NCBI RefSeq assembly: GCF_001194135.2
Contig: NC_069003.1
Coordinates: 33,008,697 to 33,072,696 of the forward strand
Reading direction: 5' to 3'
From: Octopus bimaculoides
Taxonomy: Eukaryota
Length of the DNA: 64,000 nt
Shown: piece after piece, positions 55,914 through 64,000 of the stretch
How positions within the stretch are numbered: position 1 is the first letter of the stretch
Layout: each line of letters opens with the position of its first letter
Made by a program: the position numbers and the translations under genes
Notes under the pieces: generated by a model
What the model was told of the DNA's origin: nothing
What the model saw: only the letters and a program-made list of their open reading frames with translations
Databases searched by the model: none

Positions 55914-58900
55914 GTGCTGGCAGAATCGTTAGCTTGTTGGACGAAATGCTTAACAGTATTTTGCCTGTCACTATGATCTGAGTTCAACTTCCACGAAGGT
56001 CAACTTTCTCTTTCATCCTTTCGTGGTCAATAAATTAAGTGCCAGTGAAACACTGGGGTCGATGTAATTGACTCATCCCCTCCCCCTAAATGGCTGCCCT
56101 TGTGGCAAAATTTGAAACCATTGTTATTGTGATGATTTTTTACATTGGCTCAAAACCACGAATTTGTAGATGTAAAGAGAGAAGAGACCATATACTTGTT
56201 TGGAAAGTTGGCTCTGCCAGGATTTGAACTTGGAACATAGGAGGATTAGAGTAAATCCTGTCAAACGTTATTAGCTTAGCACTTGTCACCCACACTTCCC
56301 CCAATCCACTTTCTGTTGTGTTAAAGTTATCTGACTCTGAGAAAAAAGGCAATTATTTAATTCATCTTATCTTTACGACAGATATGATCAAATGAATAAA
56401 CATATTAAATTAAGTTAATGTCATTATAAATAATGATGATGATAATAATAATAATAATAATAATAATGATGATGATGATAATGAATAAAGGTAAAGATAA
56501 TCATTAAACGTAAAGTTTGTTTTTGTTTTTGTTTGCAATTAATCTTATCTATGTGCGTATATGATGTTTCACTCCAAACACTTCACTTGTTTTGATAAAC
56601 AATTAGGTCCACATCATTACGTGTGAGCACTACTCAGATAAGTTGAAATCGTGGAGCAATTTATGCAAGTTATATAAACATGGAGATTATGACATTTGAT
56701 GGAGGATGGTGGAGGTTTTCAGTTGATTGCTTCATTTGTATATATTTGTTCCTGGTTTAGTCCTGCTGTGTGTCACCTTGATCAAGTGTCTTCTACTATA
56801 GTCTCAAGGCAACCAAAGCCTTGTAAGTGGGAATGGTAGATGGCACCTGAAAGAAGTCTATTGTGTATGCATGCATGCATCATCCATCCATCCATCCATA
56901 TTAGACACTGATGAGGTGAAGTGCAAGATTGCATTATGTTTTGACAAGTGTTATGTAATTATTTTTGGCATTTTGCTGTAATGTGTGTATGTCCTCTAAA
57001 GTATTGACTTGTATACTTGTAAATGTGTATCTACTGTAATAGAAACAATGTAATTCATTTCCAATATTCTGCAACAACAGAGGAAATATTACCTTCTTTG
57101 GAAACAGGTGAGAATTAGCAGCAGGGAGGGCATCCATCTGGAGAAAATAATCTCCATTTGACCCATGCAAGCATGGAAAAGTGGATGAAAAACAATGAAG
57201 ATGCTGTATTCCATAACAGATGATGTTGTGCCTTGATCAAATGTAATACTGCCTCTAGTAGCTAGATCCTCATTACTGCAGGAAATGTTATGTCTTCCTT
57301 AAACATTTCCAGCATGATGAAGCTGTAAAACAGTGATTCTCAACCTTTTTAACATCTGGGCCAGATCCTGGATTTTTTTCTAGCGGGAGGCACACCAAAA
57401 AAGGAAAACACAAGTCAATTAAAGAAAAATTTATTATATTTATGGAGGGAAGATAAGACCATTAGTGGGGCCATGGCCGAGGGCGACATGCAGCCCTGTG
57501 AGCTATGGTTGAGAACTGCTGCTCCAAAAAGCCTTCCTAGTTTGTGATTCCAAAGATTAGCTAATGGCCACCACCCCTCACCTGTTTTGAAGCAAGGCAA
57601 TATTTTCTAGGCATGTTTTACATGGAAGATTGGAAATGAATGATGCCACTTGTGTGACAGTGATGCTCATTTACAACCATCATGTGGTCTCTAAGCAAGG
57701 ACAGGGACACACACACACATGGTGGGGTTCTTTGACCTTCCATTTACCAAATCCATTCACAAGGCTCTGGTCAGAATGTAGAGGAATGAGGTGCAAGATG
57801 TAGGAGCAGTGGGGAGGGAGATGTAGAGGCACTTAAAGGGAGTTATACTAAGTGGAAATATCCCAGTATTGAGTGCATATGTCATACAATGGAAACAGTA
57901 GAGGATGTTGAAGAAGAATAGTGAGTTTGGCTAAACAAGTGGTGTACCAACATCCCAGCTGGAGGAGAAGGAGTGTTTACCTTTATTTTTCACTTTCATC
58001 TACTTAGCACCATGAAAACCACAGTTAAACATTAACCCTCAAGTTATAAGGAATATTTATATTTGGATTTAACCAATAAGATATCCAAAATAATTGATCT
58101 TTTGTTGGCTCAGTAATGTATGCTTAATGTTAAGGACAGTACATCATAAAACTGGGAGAAGATGGCTAATCACACACACACATGCACGCGTGCACTTGCA
58201 CACCTGTACAACTTGATACTAATCAACCTGCACATATTGTTGTTGTCTATTTACAGATTATGACGCCCACCTTGCTGAAAGACAGAGTCTCCTCACACGA
58301 TTACTTGACGCTGTTAAACAGGTAATGTCTTCTAACCTGTTGCAATAAAGAACACTGATATCGGTTTTAGATTTTTGATGGAAAAAAATATTTATTTTCA
58401 TTGTAAACAAAAGATGTTGTTACTACAAATGACAAAACCCTGAGAGAGTTTGAAGATTAATTGTTCTTAAATTGGTGTGATTGTAACAGCAGTCTAAATG
58501 TTATCTGGTCCTTAAATGTTCTTATCGTTGCTTCTCCATTGTGGTTAGCCACCAGTTGTGCCACTGTCTTCTGATGTCTAATGGTTTCTTCTACAAAGTC
58601 TGCCAGATCCAGTCTTCACATGCATAAATAAGTAAGCCCTCAAGACTTCCATACCTGTTTCATTTGGTTTGACCTGCCAGTTGAAGTGGTTTACTGGGTT
58701 ATGGCAATTGTTGCACATAGCAGCTATTTGGGACCACAGAGGAGCATTTGGTGCCAAGTGGAGAGCAAAGGATGAACCACCCCTAAGAGTGCAACTTGTT
58801 CCCCCATCAAAGGTGCAACCCCACCCTGGTAGCCCATACCCCCAGATCCTAACTCTGGAATATCGAAACACAAGATAAAAGTACAAACAATTGACTTGTA

Positions 58901-61900
58901 TTATTTCTTATAACTTGCATTGCTTTTTAGTTTTAAAGAAAAGAATTAAAAACCATTTGTGTGTGTGTGTGTGTGTGTACATATATGTGTGTGTATGTAT
59001 GTATATATATATATATACACACATACATATATATGTATATACAAATGAAAATTAAAACAAATTTTCTCTTCTATTTCCAAACACTAGTGTCAAGTTCGAT
59101 TTGGTGGACGGCGGGAACTGGCCACAGATGGGGACAGCCGGTAAGTCCACCTAGTTGACTCATACAGTTTCAACTTACTTTTTTAAACTTTTGGTCTTAA
59201 ATTTGGTGGTGGCGGTATGAATATAGTAGTTGAATCGTTTGCAGCNNNNNNNNNNNNNNNNNNNNNNNNNNNNNNNNNNNNNNNNNNNNNNNNNNNNNNN
59301 NNNNNNNNNNNNNNNNNNNNNNNNNNNNNNNNNNNNNNNNNNNNNNNNNNNNNNNNNNNNNNNNNNNNNNNNNNNNNNNNNNNNNNNNNNNNNNNNNNNN
59401 NNNNNNNNNNNNNNNNNNNNNNNNNNNNNNNNNNNNNNNNNNNNNNNNNNNNNNNNNNNNNNNNNNNNNNNNNNNNNNNNNNNNNNNNNNNNNNNNNNNN
59501 NNNNNNNNNNNNNNNNNNNNNNNNNNNNNNNNNNNNNNNNNNNNNNNNNNNNNNNNNNNNNNNNNNNNNNNNNNNNNNNNNNGTGTGTGTGTGTGTGTGT
59601 GTGTGTGTGGATGAATCATATCTATAAAGATTACTGGGCATTGTTTATGTGTGTGTGTGAGTGTTTATGTTTACATGTGTATGTGTATTGTGTCAGTTTC
59701 TGGCATGAATCATATTGATATAGATTATAAGACAATGGAAGATGTTGTTATATCTATGGGTTGAGTGTGTGTGTCGGTTTTTACCTGAGTGTGTGTGTGT
59801 TTGTGTATGTGGTGTATGTGCCAAAAAGCACAAGCATGTATGTATGTGTTGTTATGTGTGAGTGCTAGTGTTAATGTGTGTGAGTCGGTGGGTGGTACAT
59901 GGCACTATGTAATGATGTATAGCCTATTGAATGTGTGTATGTGTGAGATAAAGACAGACAGACATGTGATGGATGTAGTAGGTCATGTTGTTATATATTA
60001 CCTGTATGATTCCTATAGACAACATGCAACTGTGATAAAAATTAGCCTGAAGTTGCTTTGGCTGTGTGTGTGTGTGTGTGTGGCGCATAAAAGCAATGTG
60101 ACTGTGTGTGTGTATTGTGTGAATCTATTTCTATAATAAAAGACGACAACAAAGCAAAAGGGTGCCGTAGGACAGATGTCTTTTTTATGTGTGTGCAGTG
60201 GTTGGGAATGGAGGGGGGGGGGTTGAAAACCAGTCACCCAATTCTCTAAAATAAAATAAGAGCTTTAAAGATGGTGGCCGTGTGTGTGGTGAGTAGCTTG
60301 CTTACCAACTACATGGTTCCGGGTTCAGTCCCACTGTGTGGCACCTTGGGCAAGTGTCTTTTACTATAGCCTTGGGGCTGACCAAAGCCTTGTGAGTGGA
60401 TTTGGTAGACAGAAACTGAAAANNNNNNNNNNNNNNNNNNNNNNNNNNNNNNNNNNNNNNNNNNNNNNNNNNNNNNNNNNNNNNNNNNNNNNNNNNNNNN
60501 NNNNNNNNNNNNNNNNNNNNNNNNNNNNNNNNNNNNNNNNNNNNNNNNNNNNNNNNNNNNNNNNNNNNNNNNNNNNNNNNNNNNNNNNNNNNNNNNNNNN
60601 NNNNNNNNNNNNNNNNNNNNNNNNNNNNNNNNNNNNNNNNNNNNNNNNNNNNNNNNNNNNNNNNNNNNNNNNNNNNNNNNNNNNNNNNNNNNNNNNNNNN
60701 NNNNNNNNNNNNNNNNNNNNNNNNNNNNNNNNNNNNNNNNNNNNNNNNNNNNNNNNNNNNNNNNNNNNNNNNNNNNNNNNNNNNNNNNNNNNNNNNNNNN
60801 NNNNNNNNNNNNNNNNNNNNNNNNNNNNNNNNNNNNAATGTGGAGGCGCAATGGCCTAGTGGTTAGGGCAGCGGACTCGCGGTCATAGGATCGCGGTTTC
60901 GATTCCCAGACCGGGCGTTGTGAGCGTTTATTGAGCGAAAACACCTAAAGCTCCACGAAGCTCCGGCAGGGGATGGTGGCGAACCCTGCTGTACTCTTTC
61001 ACCACAACATTCTCTCACTCTTACTTCCTGTTTCTGTTGTGCCTGTAATTCAAAGGGTCAGCCTTGTCATACTGTTTCACGCTGAATATCCCCGAGAACT
61101 ACGTTAAGGGTACACGTGTCTGTGGAGTGCTCAGCCACTTGCACGTTAATTTCACGAGCAGGCTGTTCTGTCGATCGGATCAACTGGAACCCTCGACGTC
61201 GTAAGCGACGGAGTGCCAACAACAACAAAGCTTAATGTAATAAGTGTCCCAGTATGAAAATAACTCTTTCCACTTTAGGCACAAAGTAATTTATTTCCTC
61301 ATTTAATTTTTCCATCTACAGTGTATCATGTTTGTGTGCAGCCTGGGAGGCGGTGTTGCAGTATGGATTGCGTTACAGCAATAAAGCTTTTTCTGCCCTC
61401 AAGTAAGTTTTCCTTTTATGTTTTGGACAACTCTGATGGTTTTTTTGTTTATTTGTATTTTGGGTTTTTTTTTCTTCCTAGTGAGTGGGAGTAGGGTTTT
61501 AGTGATAAACTTCACTATTATATTTTTGCATTTTCACTCAGTGGTACAATGGCTATGAAGGTAGCATGCTAAGCTGTTTGTCACATAAGGTTAAACCTTA
61601 AAACCTTACCACTCAGGCCAATGTGAAGTTCCACTCAGAAAAGTATCTCTGACTGAGGTTCCACTCCTTACATCAGTCACAAATGAGTGGTGAACAGTTG
61701 TAAGGTCACTCAGCTGGAAAAAACATCTCCCCCTCCTTCTCTCCTTCTTTCTCCCTCTCTCCTTCTTTCTCCCTCCCTCTCTCCTTCTTTCTCCCTCTCT
61801 CCTTCTTTCTCTTTTTTCTTTGTCTCTCTCTCTCTTTTTCTCTCTCACTCTCTCTTCTCTCTTTCTCCTTTGTGTGTGTCTCTCTCTTTCTCATTCTCTC

Positions 61901-61976
61901 CCTCCCTCCTTCCCTCCTTCCCTCTTTCTCTCTCTCATCCTCCTTCCTCTCTCCTTCACTCTCTCTTTCTTTTTTT

Positions 61977-62017
<41 letters not shown>

Positions 62018-62705
62018 TCTACCATTTTACTCCAGGCAGGTGTCAGAAATCACAGGTTTACGCAAGGTGACAAGGTTTGTGGACATGGAACCCTATCCAG
62101 GTAAGCATCTGCTAAACTTTTTATTTAGTTTTTCATTACATTTTTGCACAATTTAATTTTGTTGTCACTGTTACTACTCTTGTGTAACCCCCGACATTAG
62201 CTGTCATCAAAGGGTTTTCCAACCTTTGATGACAGCTAATGTCGATAATAGGATGTAATTTGGTGAGAGTTGGCTGCTTTTTCTTGCAAGTCAAGGAACC
62301 ACATGAGTGCTCGTTATTGTTGCTGATATGATGATGGTGGTGGTGTTGGTAGTAGTGACAATTATGAATTAATAACGACAATATTATATGATGATGAGTA
62401 TAAATTTGAATACACAAGTAATTATCATCATCTAGCATAGAAAACAGATGTTAAACGATGATTATGATGATGATGATGATGATGATAATTACTTGTGTAT
62501 TCAAATTTATACTCAAATTTGTCTCGGCAGCCTTCTGGCAGAACATTAAAGAACATCTGACCAAACATGAGGTGCAACGTTTCCTGCTGCTGAAGAGTAT
62601 CAACACAGATATGGGCCGGGGTCGTGCCTGGTTACGGGCTTCCCTCAATGAACGCAGCCTGGAGCGTTATATGCACATGATTATCGAGAAAGATGACATT
62701 TTAAG
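46251..62705 (+). CDS. SNX29: SNX29-like (RUN domain) gene, 5' part: join(46251..46257,58257..58321,59088..59140,61322..61402,62036..62100,62531..62705,...); continues beyond the window
   Basis: Frame-consistent GT-AG exons give MTDYDAHLAERQSLLTRLLDAVKQCQVRFGGRRELATDGDSRVSCLCAAWEAVLQYGLRYSNKAFSALKQVSEITGLRKVTRFVDMEPYPAFWQNIKEHLTKHEVQRFLLLKSINTDMGRGRAWLRASLNERSLERYMHMIIEKDDIL, matching the SNX29/RUNDC2 N-terminus. The 7-nt first coding exon is less certain (about 0.6). Confidence 0.87.
52030..52483 (+). mobile_element. tRNA-derived SINE with an internally repeated GCCAGTGGCAC-rich body and (GAT)n tail. Head-only copies about 9435-9590, 31820-31975, 39680-39830, 60273-60422
   Basis: Shared head GGTAAGWAGCTTGCTTMCCAACCACATGGTTCCGGGTTCAGTCCCACTG...GGAAACTGAAAGAAGCCC; the 3' end CCAACCCATGCTAGCATGGAAAGCGGACGTTAAACGATGATG recurs throughout the window. 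Confidence 0.8.
53800..53816. repeat. (CG)8 alternating tract
   Basis: Read directly. Confidence 0.9.
58520..58860 (-). mobile_element. Possible degenerate RTE-like LINE 5'/endonuclease fragment
   Basis: Weak resemblance of EVL...TGSGRL to the RTE endonuclease N-terminus. Confidence 0.35.
60840..61228 (+). mobile_element. Full-length tRNA-derived SINE with (AAC)n tail
   Basis: As for 24201-24570. Confidence 0.9.
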
Positions 62706-63589
62706 GTAACAACTTAACAGCCTTACATTGTTTGATTTCATTTGATTTGATTTCATTTCTTACTTTGGAGGCTTTGATTTTGTTAGTGTATTTTTTTCAG
62801 TTTACGTGAAGGCAAGAGGCATGGTCATTAACGTATTGGGCTCACAATTGTCAGGCTGTGGGTTTGAATCCTAGACAGGGCAGCTCATTATATCCTTGAG
62901 TAAGACATTTCCACAGTCCATTAAGCCTTTAGTGTTCGCATTATTCTGCCAAAATTAATGCTTTTTTACCCACATTCTTTTGAACTAATCATGCATTATC
63001 TTGTAGCTATGAGATTTTGATAAGGTAGCTGCTAATTTTTAAAACGATATTGTAGGGCTGGTGTGAGAGACCAGATCTGGCCAGTTTGAACATAAAACAG
63101 GCAGAATACTTTTGGCCGGATATGGCCGGTTTAAATGCTAAAGGGTTAAGAGCTGTTTGATCATTCATTCAAACTCTAGCATAAACTTTCTGTAAAATGT
63201 CATGAAAGATGAAATAATGTCAGTGTACAGCTAAGATAGGGAAATAAAAAGGTAGTTATCAACTGGGTTGGATCATTATCTCCATAACAAAAGAGAGGGC
63301 ATGTTAGATTTGTTCAAATGTGAAAGTAGTGTCGATCACCTTTTTTAATTTTTACTGGAAGGGTGATATTTCATGATACATTTGTTTTATATGGTCAGAG
63401 GGTCTGTAAAGAATTTGTAAAAGAAGAGCCCATGCTGCAGCACAGCACAATTACTCAGGCATCTCCTCTTATCTGTGAACTTTTGGCAAAGTACAAGATG
63501 GTTCTCATGCCTCAGTTGTCCTAATCTCTGGATTTGGAATTCTGCTGACTTTTCATTTCCATCCACCTTCTCCACCTACCACTCCTAAG

Positions 63590-64000
63590 ATGGTAATGAG
63601 AGTAGAGTCTTCCAGAAGCAACTGTCATTAGACTTTCTGGCTGGATTCCCAACTATAACCAACTGAGACTATGAATATTATTCAACCGTCTCGTCCTTGG
63701 TCTACACATAGGTCTCTTGCTGTTCGGCTTGAAGAATCCATCTTGTGAGTCATTCCTGCAACATTCTAATGACATGCCTGTAATATCAGAGTTGTGTCCT
63801 CTCAAATGTGGACTTTTTTATTTTGTTTCCAAAATTGAAATCCTCACTGAAAGGTCGCCAATTCCAAATGTTTGAAGAAAATTCTGATTGAAGCAAATTT
63901 ACTACAAGAACTGTGCATTGCTCCTGAAAATGCAGACCAGGATGCATTCCAAAACTGGCAAAAACAAGGAATACTATATGAAGAGGAGAGCGGGTGGGTA
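63590..64000 (-). mobile_element. Degenerate RTE-clade LINE, C-terminal region of the ORF
   Basis: Frameshifted IERTQL*YYRHVIRMLQE*LTRWILQAE...NNIHSLSWL*LGIQPESLMTVAS resembles the RTE motif QLRWYGHVIRM...GRPR.RW. Confidence 0.65.

Noticed and set aside
63387-63575. ORF containing AVLQHGL, resembling the RUN-domain motif
   Set aside because: It is on the wrong strand for SNX29, lacks other similarity and lies next to LINE debris; the real motif is in exon 61322-61402.

Overview
AT-rich, microsatellite- and SINE-dense eukaryotic DNA with about 11 N-gaps. The repeat families and gene content point to a coleoid cephalopod, most likely Octopus (inference). Nearly all ORFs in the six-frame track are noise. 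The real genes are spliced and were rebuilt by hand from GT/AG sites and reading-frame continuity. (1) A three-gene cluster of fatty-acid-binding-protein (FABP/iLBP)-like paralogs in alternating orientation: paralog C (minus, only exon 1 at 258-333 is inside the window), A (plus, 7721-14065) and B (minus, 17155-22127). (2) CMC1 (minus, 26272-29011). (3) A C2H2 zinc-finger gene (minus, 34082-34831). (4) RPL10 (minus, 41331-45490), with a TCT/5'TOP start and an intronic SNORA16/snR46-like H/ACA snoRNA. (5) The 5' part of an SNX29-like RUN-domain gene (plus, 46251 to beyond 62705), head-to-head with RPL10 across an ETS-CRE/M-box promoter. Most interesting: a tRNA-headed SINE-like element carrying a minimal type-I hammerhead ribozyme (16449-16494); the two-pocket snoRNA candidate, which appears to target two peptidyl-transferase-centre uridines; and the FABP cluster, which lacks the canonical Arg-x-Tyr carboxylate clamp and shows 11 replacement versus 1 silent change between the A and C exon 1. 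rRNA/snoRNA reference sequences and motif consensuses were recalled from memory; no database search was run.
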